Below, piece after piece: positions 23,455 through 34,655 of a stretch of 64,000 bases of DNA (positions are counted from its first letter, which is position 1; every line of letters begins with the position of its first letter). Made by a program: the position numbers and the translations under genes. The notes under the pieces were generated by a model. It saw only the letters and a program-made list of their open reading frames with translations. It was not told the origin of the DNA and made no database searches. The stretch is from positions 2,914,001 to 2,978,000 of the forward strand of contig JAYWIR010000020.1 of assembly GCA_036172245.1 (NCBI GenBank). The letters are read 5' to 3'. This stretch comes from Raillietiella orientalis (Eukaryota).

Positions 23455-26358
23455 TTCCGTATCGAAAGAGCGTACTTGTATCCACGTCGTTACGCGAGAA
23501 CGCCCAATGTCCGTCGCCTGGCAGAGTACCGAGCCAGGGCCGAACGTCAAGCCTTGCAATCCGGGTCAGCCAGCTTGCTGGGCGACCAGGGCCGGGAGCA
23601 CTCGGCTCCGGCTAGACTACGGCACCTCGTGCGGAGTTTTTCTTCCACCCTTTACGCCAGGGCGCCCCGGGATCAAGATGCCTCTCAGCTCTTGCTTCCG
23701 GATGGTTCCGCGGCAATACGGGAGGAGGTTTCGTTAAGCCTCGATGAGCCTTTTACCACCGGCGAAATTCTCGCCAGTATCAAAAGGCTCAAGAGGCGGA
23801 AAGCTCCAGGGGAAGACGGTTTACCCGCGGAGTTCTATCAGAGCTTCGCGGAAAAGCTGGCACCCAAGTTGCTTCAGCTGACAAGGCTGATTTGAGACGC
23901 AGGCGATGCACCCGCCTGGATTCTGTCAGCCAGAGTGAGGCTCCTTCCGAAAGGGGGAAACCTTAGAAATTTGAACAACTGGTGTCCAATCACGATTGTG
24001 AATACGGACGCCAAGTTGGTTGCCGGGCTATGGGCTTCGCGTCTGGGGCAGGTGGCAGAATCCGTAATTAGCCCGGAGCAGACATATGCTGTTCCCGGGC
24101 GCAGTATGGATGCCAACCTCTTCTTCGCGAGCACATGGATGTACGCGCAGAGGTGACAGAAGGAAGGGAAAAAAAAAAATCGGCAACCCCACTTTGGGGC
24201 CGCCAGCAGGGCAGGGAATGGACTCCCGGGCGGGGAAAAGGGCCCTAGCGCTCGCAGTCGATCTCCATAAGGCATTCGACTGTGTTGACCAGGAGCTTTT
24301 TTTGGAGCTCCTGGGTCGCATGGGCTTCCCACCCTCTTTGATCAGCTACCTTCGCTGTTGCTGGCGGAATGCGATTATCTGCATCTTTTTCAGCAGTCAG
24401 AAGGCGTATGGCGTGCCGTTGCTGCGGGGCATAAGGCAGGGCGATAGCCTGAGTCCTCTGCTCTTCAGCGCCTACTTTGAGTTGGTGCTGACAGCGTACA
24501 GGGTGACTTTGGCTCCCTTGCCGAGCTCGTGCCCCGGCACGCCCGCCGTAGCAGCCTATGCCGACGAAGTTCTGCTCCTGTTACCTACGTCCACCCCGGC
24601 GAAGGCGGTCGGAGACTTCTTCGATCTGCTCAGCCGCGGGACCGGACTGCAGGTCAACAGGGCGAAGTCGTCGGTGGTGCCAGTAGGTGCGGTGTGGGCA
24701 GGGCAGCAGGACTGGGTCCGTCTGGGGATCCCTACGGCGAGGTGCTTCAAGTACCTTGGTGTGCCGTTGGGGGACTACTCCTCTGCGGAAGCTTGGTCCA
24801 GCTGCCTCCAAAAAGTTGAGACGGCGATCGGCCCGTTCCTGGAAGGCAAGTTTCACTTGCCGGAACGGGCTGCGGTGTGGAACGCGTTCGCGGCTTCCAT
24901 CCTCCGCCCCCTGCTTTTTGTTTGCCCCGTCCCGCCGCAGTTGAAGAAACGGACGAAGGATCTCCTAAGGATCGCCCTTTGGGGAAGAGGGAGGCCCCGA
25001 GTCCCGTTGATGGACTTGTGTGCTCCGCGTCTAAATGGTGGTCGCGGCCTCTTGATGCTGGAGCGAGTGGAGACTCAGCTGCGATTGCGTACCCTGGCCA
25101 TCGCAGCGAAGTTATGGAGCACCCCTTGGTGCATTCAGGCCCGCCTCCTAGCCAGCCGTGTGTCCCGCTGCGATGGATTCGCGTCTTTTCTTCTGCGCCC
25201 AGGCCAGAAGATAAGAAGATGCGGCCTACTGCTCACGCGCATGGCAACATTGGTCAAGGAGAACGTCTGGATGGCATGCAGCCCCGCCAACTCCTCCGCA
25301 TGGCTGGAGAAATCTGTTGGAACGTCGGCGAGGTTAAATGCTCAAGGAGAAGAAAATTACAGCTGGCTGCGTTTCTACAACCGCGCCCGCTGCAGCCTGC
25401 GGACCTTCTTGCAATGTCCCGCCCGGTGCACGTGGGCCGAGACCACGTCCCTAGCTACGGCGATGCCCTTCCTGAGGAGGGCGCTCTCCAGCAGCCGCAC
25501 GCCTAGGTGGCGAGTCTACTGCCGAATCGCAGGCAGAGAGAAGTTAAGCGGCTGGACCAAGGCGCAGCTGGCCGTTGCCACTACCCGAAGTGTGCTCCCG
25601 CGTGGTTTACAGAGATGGGGCGAGCTGCTCGGCATCCCGATGGATGACCTGATGTGGCCCCCGGATTTTATTCAAACGAGGATCCTCCCCCGGAAGTGGC
25701 CGGAGTCGGCGCTTCTGCTGATGCATTGGGGTCTACCCTGCAACGCACGCCGCCACCACTGGACTAGGGGTCCAGTGAATCTCGCGTGCATCAGGTGTGG
25801 GGAGCGGAAAATCCTCCCCCACGTCCTTGTTGATTGTGCTGCCCTCCTACCCCTGTGGGAGCGTCTTGGTACCTCCCTGCGGCTGCAGGAAAGCAGCCAG
25901 CTCAGAGACGTTTTTCGGCTTCTTTTCGTGCGGGATGTCATGCGACCAGCCGCCGCCCTGGCAGCACTCTCCTGCAACGGAGGGATCGTGACGAGCTGGA
26001 GCGATTACAGAAGACCGAGCCACGAGAGGGGTGCCGTCGAACTCGCAGTCCGCTACCTGCGGCTTGCAACCAGATGGCCCCACCTGGGAATCATTCGGAC
26101 GGACCTCGAGGGCATCCTGGAAAAGATGGGCCTTCCCACCAGTAGACCGTGATCCCTTCCCCGCCCTCCAACTTCTTTTTGTTTTTCTATTTTATTTTTC
26201 TTTTTGTTTTTCCCCACCCCCTTCCGCTGCCGAGGAGAGTCGCGCCGGTCTGCGTACCGGCGACCCGGCAGGTCCTGTTGAGTTGGCCGTAGTGGGGCCT
26301 AGTACAACAAATTGTAAAGAGAGTTTACAATAAACGCCCCGGCGTGACCGGGTGGCAA
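23455..26358 (+). mobile_element. 3' half of a Tx1/L1 LINE (linker, RT, zinc finger, 3' UTR)
   Basis: Starts at RIERAYL. RT motifs in ORF 24086-26152 and terminal AATAAA-hairpin at 26329-26352. Confidence 0.95.
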
Positions 26359-27282
26359 CATACAGGGAGGAGTAAAATTTCCTCACTATCCCGCGTTTCT
26401 TCGCGGGAACCGTGTGCTCCCGGCACGGATCGTCAAGCAAGCTGGCCGATCCGGACTGCCAGGCCTCCCTCTCGGCACCCGCTTTGTATTCCGCCAGCCT
26501 GCGGATGTCGGGGGTCCTGGCGTAACGACGGGCCTGCAGAAAGGCTCGTTCGTTACGGACCCCGATCCCAAAACCCGTAGGTAGGCGGTGCAGAAGGAAC
26601 TGGTGGCAGAACTCCTGGACCGACCGCTTGAAGCGGTGCCAATCCTGGAGTGTCCGCAGCGTGAAGCTCCGTATAAACGTGCGATGTTCCGCCGCGTCCG
26701 GGAGCTTCAGCCACTCCCCTGGGAGACGCCACGCTGACGAGGGGGGGCCCCTGTCGCGCGGATGGATCTCGAGGACTAGCTGGCGATGGTCGGACAGCTC
26801 GCACGGTAACTTGCCGCGCCTGCCCACGCGAGGGCACAGGTGCTCGTCAAGAAACACGTGGTCAACGCTGTCTTCCATCCCCGGTGCACTGGCCAACAAA
26901 TTACAGGTGTGCACCGCCATGCACACCTCGTTGACCAGGTCACGCTCGGGATTCTGCCCATCTGATTTCAGGCGAACGTTGAAATCGCCTGCAACCAGAT
27001 GGGCATTCCGCACGCCTGCTTCGGTCAGCCAGTCTCGCCGGAGGGCAAGGAAAAACTCTTTCCTCGCCCTCCTGTTCATCAGGTCCTTGCCGCTCGGTGC
27101 GTACACGTTCGTGACGATCAGATCGATCGAATCGGACCACCTGAGAGTCAGCTGGCCGACACGACCGTGATCGTCGAACCGCACGTCCCGAGCCGCGGCC
27201 TCGACTGCTGGCCGAAGCAGGTAGGCGACACCGCAACTTTTCGGTCTCCCACACCTGTACCAAGACGCCCTCCGGAGATCCG
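26359..27282 (-). mobile_element. Tx1/L1 LINE endonuclease-domain fragment (another subfamily)
   Basis: CGVAYLL, NVYAPSG, AGDFN, VDHVFLD, SDH, AWQSGSASLL and FYSSLY. Confidence 0.92.
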
Positions 27283-27289
27283 TTCGATC

Positions 27290-30200
27290 CCTTGCGCTCG
27301 TACAGTGCAGACGTGTTTCCGCGTCTATCCGCGCTAACGTTCGGGCAACTTTGTGCCTGCGTTTTCCCTCGCACTTGTGTGTTCCTGTGCAATCTGCCAA
27401 GTAGCATAGTGCAACATGTCCAGTACACAGGATAGTGTGGAGGAGGCAAGCCACTGGATGCACTTCAGCTGCACTTGAAGTGGCCGCATCCTCCGTAATG
27501 ATTTCCTCGCCCCCGGTGAGGAGTAACGCCGCCGTTACCTCCCAAAGACCAGGACCCTGCGATGCGGAGTTCCAGGCATATGTGTCATCAGGATACATTC
27601 CTGCACTCCGTTATAAGGTCAGTGGTCCCCTTAACGGGAGAATCCGTAGTGAGCTCAATGATGAGCTCGTCCGGATCGGCGTTCGCGAGGAGGAACTCCT
27701 TGCCATAATGCCTGCTGGCAGGATGGAATATACGAAGATTCGGTGCAAGAACGCAGCACTTGTGCAGCGCCTGCTCAGTACGCCGTTGAATATCACTGGT
27801 AAGGAAGTCCTACCTACCGCGATGGACGACTCTTTTGTCGTTCAATTGTGCGACATCGAACCGGAAATCTCCGACCGGGATGTTGTAAGCGTGCTGGCGA
27901 ATTTCGCCACCGTGCACGCCCTGTGGAGGAGGCCGAACCCTTTGAAGGATTTCTCCTCTGTCCACATCGGACAAGCCTCCGAGCGGATCACCGTCGCGAA
28001 CAGGCGTGTTGTGCCTGAGCATCTGCAGGTGAACGGCACGGTCGTTTACCTTTGGTTCATAGGCCAGACTTGCGCGTGCGAGCAGTGAGGCAATTATATG
28101 CACCGAATTAAAGTGTGCCCCTCTCCAAGATGCCGCTATTGCAAAGATTCCGGGCACGAAATCAAAAAGTGCCCAGTACTCGCCAGAAAAAGAGCCGCAG
28201 CGGAAATTCGTCGAGTTCAAGAGACCACTGCACGAAAAGCCGCAGCGGCAAATAAAAAAAGTCGTCCGCAAAAACTCGGAAAAAACAACGAGCCATGCGC
28301 GGATGAAAAGAAAGCATCCTCGCCCCCAACGCGGTGACTTTCTCCGAAAGGGGCGTAGCCAACAGCAGAGATTTTCTGCAGGCCCGCTTCTTTTCCAGGC
28401 GCACGGACGTTGGTCGATTATCCGAGTAGAAGGCCAAGGCCGAGCGCCAGGTCTGGCAGTCAGGGGCGACAGTTCTGCTCGACGACCAGGACCGGGAATG
28501 CTCGGCTCCAGCCGACGTGCGACGGATAGTCAGGCGCTATTACTCTTCTCTGTATGCAGAGGCACCGACGGAACGCAGCCTCTCCCGGCTGCTTCTGCCG
28601 ATTGATGCACATGTTCTAGACGAGGAGGAACGCGCGCGTCTTGATGAGACCTTCACGGCAGAGGAAATTTCCTCGGCCATCTCGGGGCTCAAGAGACGAA
28701 AAGCGCCAGGCGAAGATGGGCTCCCCGCTGAATTCTTCCAGTGTTTTGCGGCGGAGCTCATCCCCCTGGTGCTCCAACTCTCGTCGCTGATGCGAGACTC
28801 GGGCGATGTCCCCGCCTCGTTTCGCTCAGCGAAGGTGCGTCTACTGCCGAAAAGCGGAGATTTGCGCCAACTGAACAACTGGCGTCCGATCACGTTGGTG
28901 CATTCGGACGTCAAGTTGTTCTCGAAACTTTGGGTGGCGCGGATGGGTAGGATCCCGGAATCCTTGGTAAGTCCGGAGCAGACGTACGCTGTTCCTGGGC
29001 GGTCCATGGACGCGAATCTCTTGTTCATCCGCACATGGCTGCAATTGCAGCATCGTGGCGGTGGATCGTCGTGCGGAAGCGACGCCTTCGATCTCTCACC
29101 GAAGGAGGCGCGGGACGCAAAGGGAGACACCGGGAGCCTTGGCGGTTGCAGTCGATTTGCACAAAGCTTTCGATTGCGTGAACCAAAAGCTTCTTCTTGA
29201 GCTTTTGGAACGTCTGGGTCTTCCAGCATCCCTGTTGGCGTACTTGCGCTCCTGCTGGCGGCACGCGATTACATCCATTGTTTTCAGTGGCTGTCGCGTG
29301 TATGGCGTGCCGGTACGACGAGGAATTAGGCAGGGTGATAGCTTAAGCCCGCTGCTCTTCAGCATCTATTTTGAATTGCTGCTGGAGGCTTACAGGCTGA
29401 CGCTAGCCAACCTGCCGAGCTCCTGTCCAGGTACGCCGGCCGTGGCAGCGTATGCCGACGACCTGCTTCTTCTGTTGCCCTTGTCCACCCCGACGGCGTC
29501 GCTTGAAGATTTCTTTGAGTTGATCCGTCGCGGTGCGGGCGTGAGCGTTAATAGGAGTAAGTGTATGGTTGTTCCGCTGGGTGCGACGTGGGAGGGGCAG
29601 TTCGACTGGATCGGCCTGGGGATCCCCACGGGCGGGTACGTCAAGTACCTTGGCGTTCCGTTGGGCGCTCTCGGCGCAGCCGAAGCGTGGTCGGACTGCC
29701 TTCAGAAAGCAGTTGGCCGTCAGCCCGTTCATTAACGGCAAGCTTACCTTGCAGGAACAGGCGACTATTTGGAGCACCTTTCTGGCCCCCCTCCTCCGCC
29801 CCCTCTTTTTTGTTTTGGACCCCCCCTATGCGGCAAAACAGCGGGCTAAACGCTTGCTTAGGAACGCTCTCAGGGGTCTGGAGAGATCCAGGATCCGCCT
29901 TAAAGACTTGGCTGCTCCACGTCGGGATGTTGGTTTGGGTATCCTGACAATGGAGCGAATCGGACTGCAGGTGCAGTTCCTGCTGGCACCGTGTGCCGAG
30001 CTGTGGACATCCCCCCTGTGTGTGCCTGCACGTATTCTCCTGCGGAGATGCGCCGGCAGCAGAGGACTGCTCTCGCTTTTGCCGGGCACCCAATACAGGA
30101 AGCGAGGTTTCGGGTATCCATTGCGGCAATCGGTCGCACTTCTGGAAGCCCACTCGTGGATCTGCTGCCCAATGAACTTCGACGCTTGGCGGCAGGAGTC

Positions 30201-31357
30201 TGTTGTATCCTGGGCGGCGTTCCAAGGAATACGCCCTGAAGATCTTCGCCCCCTGCGCCAATTTTTTCCGCGATCCTTGGAAGAAGTACTGCAGGACGAG
30301 GTGAAGTTTTGTACCCTGGCTGCCACGCCTCTTGCCGCAGCGCTGTCTGCCCTCAGGGCAAGAAACGACAGTTACCAACCGGCGAGGTGGGAGGTTTCCT
30401 GCACGATAGCGGGAAGAACCAAACTCCTTGGCACCTGGAAGACAAGTGAGTTGGCGGACGCCGCCACTCCTCGTGTTACTGCAAAGGGACTCCTCCGGTG
30501 GGCAGAAGAACTTGCTGTCACCCCCGAAGAACTTGTAGTCCCTCCACAGTGTATTGACAGTTCGCTGCTTCCCCTTGCTTGGAAACAAGCCGTGCTGCTT
30601 TTCGTTCACTGGGGTTTTCAGTGCAACGAGCGTTGGCATCGTGACTCCGGGGGACTTGCGTCTGCGAACTGCGTTCGGTACGGATCGACGGAGTCGATCC
30701 CGCACCTACTTCTGGACTGCGGTGTCCTACAAGGACCGTGGCGTAGGCTGGCAACAGCACTAATGCATCCCGTGGACACCGCAAGAGACTTGCTGCGACG
30801 ATTCTTCACGCCGAGCGGGCTGTCCCTAAGCGCAAGGATTGCAAGCATCGGTTGCATACGCGCGATAGTTTCAGTCCGCCAGGCGTTGGTATTCAACGGG
30901 TAGCACCAAGAGGTAATCGGCAAAGCATCCTTCTACATGGAAGCAGCCGCTAGATGGCCTCATTTGACAGAGGAGTCAAAAAGGAATCTCGCCGAAATAC
31001 ACCGCCGGTTTACACACGCTCAGCAGTGGCCAACCCGGTGATCATTGCCCTACCCTCCATGAACTAATTTTGTATTTTCTTTTCACATCCCCGTCCCCAT
31101 AGGCTCCGGAACATTTCAGGTGCTCCCGGTTTGAATCCCCGTGAGTACGGAGCCTAACCAAAGACCCGTTACCCTTCCCTCCAGTTTTTGTATTTTTGTT
31201 TGTTATCCCCTTATTCCTCCCACGTTGCGAGCGGTTTGTTTACCAGGCCTGCGTGCCAGTAATTTATCTCTGTTCCCTGTCGTTCTGTTGGTTGGGGACA
31301 TTGTCCCTGATTAGTTTCTTATTATTAATAAACGTCCCGGCGTAACCGGGTGACAAA
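27290..31357 (+). mobile_element. Tx1/L1 LINE with an internal deletion of the ORF1 tail and the whole endonuclease
   Basis: 5' GACGTGT motif at ~27310 and ORF1 with CACEQ*GNYMH and CRYCKDSGHEIKKC. Jumps at ~28335 to the ORF2 linker. RT motifs QGDSLSP, YADD and KYLG, with terminal AATAAA-hairpin at 31327-31350. Confidence 0.92.
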
Positions 31358-31591
31358 TTTCAATCTCCGTAAACCAGATAAACGGAAATCCAGTAAACAC
31401 ACTAATAGTATTCCAGGGAATAACATGACATTAGGCCTGATATGCCTTAGCCAGGTAGCCTCCTCAAAACGCATGTGCACGCCAAGCATGTGCGACATGT
31501 ATGGTGCTAGGAGCAATACCAGATACGAGCATGCTATGATGTATGCATGGTGGTTTGGGGTGAATGGGCGACAGATCATGCCTACAATGAA

Positions 31592-31615
31592 TACTAACTG
31601 TCTTTCTTCCTCCAG
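31592..31615 (+). promoter_or_regulatory. Branch point, polypyrimidine tract and 3' splice acceptor upstream of the viral NP-like ORF
   Basis: TACTAAC-TGTCTTTCTTCCTC-CAG, with the AG at 31614-31615, 22 nt before the first ATG. Confidence 0.55.
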
Positions 31616-31656
31616 TGCTATTAGTGACTATTCCGCAATGGCTGCTGCGAGCGAGG

Positions 31657-32829
31657 ATGACGTTGCTAACAACCTTTGAGGAATACAGTTCTAGTTTGCC
31701 CGATCTCGATGGAGACATCGAGATTGGTCTTACGACAAGGACTGATATAGCGTTGCCCGAAGATCGTCGACTCCCTGTATACCAACCGACAAACGCGAGG
31801 GCAACCATAGAGAATATCGCCGCTGTCGCCAACGGTTGGTTATATGCCGCCAAACATTTCAAAGATGCCCAAATATCCTTAATGGTGAACGGGATCTATG
31901 CGTTATTAACGTATGACATGGTCCGTTTCCGATCATTGGACGGTACACTAGTCCCTGATGGTGACTGGAGAGTAACCACTCAGCGTTATGACCTAAGGCA
32001 TACCCAGAGAGCTGCCAGTCAATCTATGCTCAACCAGCAGACGGCGACCAATTTGATGATACCGGTGGTAGCCACTAAGGTTTCTTGGTGGCTAACCAAC
32101 CATCATACTGGCGTCAAGGACAGTTCGAGAGGTGCTGGCTTCCCCCTAAAGGTGTGGCGAGCTCTCTTTGCGCGTTCTCCCCTATCTGAAGAGAAGGGGA
32201 TGGATGTAGCACACACTTTAGGCCACTTCGCCAGTACCTTAAGGATTATGGAATTAGCTGGTTTCACTCAGATTATCCCGTCTGTACCGATCGACATGCA
32301 AGGACCACCGTTTAAACAAGTAACAATCTCTCAGGATGCACTCCTTCGTTTCCTCTCGCCCCCCGCCGGTACTCACAGACACGCTGTGGCGTACCAGGCT
32401 TTTAAGAGGCTTGTGAACTGGGCCCAAGCCGCTAATTGCCCTGAAATCGAGAACATGTTGTTTTTGGGCGAAGTTTATGCGGAAATAATGTTAAACTCCA
32501 AGCACTATCACATCGGTGCGAAATACATAGCGGGGCAACCGAGGACTAACTTCAACGATGCAGATGCGGACTCGACATTGGGAAGACTGGGTTCGTTTAT
32601 TCTAAACGTCTACCCGAAGTCTACTCTTTGTCTCTCCCCGCACATGACACAACAGGCAGTGGAATCGAAGGAGGATTTCTCCCCGGAGTGGGAGGCATTC
32701 CGCGCTAAAGTACCCAAAGAGCTATCACTTAGACCAATTGAAATGATCATCCCTACTCCCGGTGTTGACAAGGTTGCCTCCAGCCCCTCAGCTCACTCGG
32801 ACACGAATTACACGATGACGAACGAATAG
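31657..32829 (+). CDS. Uninterrupted 390-aa ORF, putative endogenous negative-strand RNA virus nucleocapsid protein (Qinviridae-like)
   Basis: Long, intronless, globular-looking ORF unrelated to the LINEs. The motifs ATKVSWWLTNHHTG, SPPAGT, YHIGAKY and STLCLSPH match my recollection of qinvirus segment-2 proteins. The ORF is certain; the family call needs a homology search. Confidence 0.6.
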   Translation: MTLLTTFEEYSSSLPDLDGDIEIGLTTRTDIALPEDRRLPVYQPTNARATIENIAAVANGWLYAAKHFKDAQISLMVNGIYALLTYDMVRFRSLDGTLVPDGDWRVTTQRYDLRHTQRAASQSMLNQQTATNLMIPVVATKVSWWLTNHHTGVKDSSRGAGFPLKVWRALFARSPLSEEKGMDVAHTLGHFASTLRIMELAGFTQIIPSVPIDMQGPPFKQVTISQDALLRFLSPPAGTHRHAVAYQAFKRLVNWAQAANCPEIENMLFLGEVYAEIMLNSKHYHIGAKYIAGQPRTNFNDADADSTLGRLGSFILNVYPKSTLCLSPHMTQQAVESKEDFSPEWEAFRAKVPKELSLRPIEMIIPTPGVDKVASSPSAHSDTNYTMTNE

Positions 32830-34621
32830 TATGCATAAACTCGATGAAATATCCACCCTTGGTCATGTATGTGCATTTACTGTTCACCTCTTTTTGGTGA
32901 ATCTATCCACCCAGAGGCGAAACTATGCATGGACTATTGGCATTCTCATGACTGCAATAGTCGAAATTACTTCCAACTTTAGCTTTTATTGTTTTACGTT
33001 AAATGTCCCACAATAATTTCAAGGAAATATCCACTGCACCTCTCCGAAGCAAAGGTAGTAGAGAAAAAAGCACATTTGCAAAGTACCTCCCGCCAATAGA
33101 AACGCGTCATTTCATCGGTTGTAAAAAGTCGGTCACTGCACAGTCTAGTTCTGTGAATTCATAGTACGCATGGATCTCTTAAGATTCTGGATACAGAACG
33201 ACTTCAGTGAAAACTTAGGAACGATATTTTGTAGGCCAAAAATGACAACTAAGCAATACAATCCTTAAAACAAAGTAGAAAATTGTTTTTGCTAATTGCA
33301 AACCAAACAGCAGAGTTCATGGATAGATGGACAATTAGAAAAATCGCTTATGCAAACGATAAATGGACGAACATCGTCGTGAGAGAAGATAGCCATATGC
33401 TATTCCAGCAATCATTCTCCACTAACAGTTCAGACCAGTGTCAAGTCCCTCAATTGAACCAATGCCATTGAATAAACCATTTATCGAAATCAACACTTCA
33501 ATCAATGTTTTCGGCATCCATGTTCGACGGTACTTCCTCTTGCATCTCCTTTGCCTTCCGAACCAATTGCTTTCACAGAGATTCAAATTCGTTCCTTCAA
33601 ACTGCTTCAAATAGTCCCTCGCTTTTCATGTCCGCATCTACATGATTTTCCATGGAAAACTATGAAACTTAGGCAAGGGGACATCCTCCCACATTTTCTA
33701 TCAACAGTTGCATTATTCAATCAACTTGTAAACAGCTGCAAATTGCAGTAGTATGTGGAAACAAGATACAACCGAAATGTACTTCTCCTACTGCTTTAAA
33801 ACTGTGAAGACCATTCCTCAGGTTTTCTATGGGCAGAATGCCCAAGTCAGCATACAATTGGACATTCCTGTCGTAAAATGCGACAACTCGTTAACATTAA
33901 CAAGCGAGCAACTACCAAAATCCCTAATGAAACGTATTCCAAAAGCACAAACTGGTGATCCAAGATGACTGCAGGAAAGTCTATATTCACAGAATGGTAC
34001 GTAAACTTCCATACAGCAATTTTTTAACCTCCTGTCACTTCATAATAAAACAAGGTATCCAGTTCATACACAAGTTGTCAAACATAGCGTACGAGCGTCC
34101 TTCGAGCACATATACGAAAAATTAAAACTCTAAATTCTCCATCCCACAATCCAATGGATATTGAACTTTTCGACACCAAGCAACCAAAGTATCCGTGAGG
34201 TGCTTAGAAATAAAAGACAAACAACCTCAAGAAAAGTCAATTAGGGTGTAACCATGAATGTGTATCCCTCCACAGCTTTCGGATCCCTCTTCCCATTGTG
34301 AGGGACTACGGTTTGCTCATTGGAAGCATATTCACCGAATGAAACTGAACCACTAGTGCTCGATGGCAATTACCAACGTCCTGACTTGTGAGAAAACTAG
34401 AGTGGTGGTCCTTATCCGAAAGAGACCTTGATGCATATTGTTTCCGCGCGATGCATATGAGTACTGTCTACTGCCCATGCATGATACTGCACTGGGCATG
34501 CTACTTTCTGAGCCAATTTATCCCCAGTGGAGAAGTTGCCATTGCAGAATTATAGGCTCCCAACATGCACGAAGTAGCAATGTCTTCAGTATTTTTTTTT
34601 AACGAAAAGAAAACCTTTCCT

Positions 34622-34655
34622 TATCGGTGCAAGGAAACTTTTCCTTGCACCGATA
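34622..34655. repeat. Perfect 16-bp inverted repeat with a 2-nt spacer
   Basis: TATCGGTGCAAGGAAA-CT-TTTCCTTGCACCGATA. Confidence 0.9.

Noticed and set aside
13362..27598. Apparent fusion proteins across head-to-head junctions (13362-15113, 23233-23895, 26192-27598)
   Set aside because: Their N-termini are antisense reads of a neighbouring element's 5' UTR or ORF1, so they are chance read-through.
8640..31000. Long antisense or alternate-frame ORFs (e.g. 10840-11850 +, 21500-22594 +, 29641-30705 -)
   Set aside because: Shadow ORFs of GC-rich LINE coding sequence with no independent motifs.
3367..31357. Bacterial retron, group II intron or DGR reverse transcriptases
   Set aside because: The RTs are linked to an APE endonuclease, a zinc-knuckle ORF1 and AATAAA ends, so they are eukaryotic LINEs.
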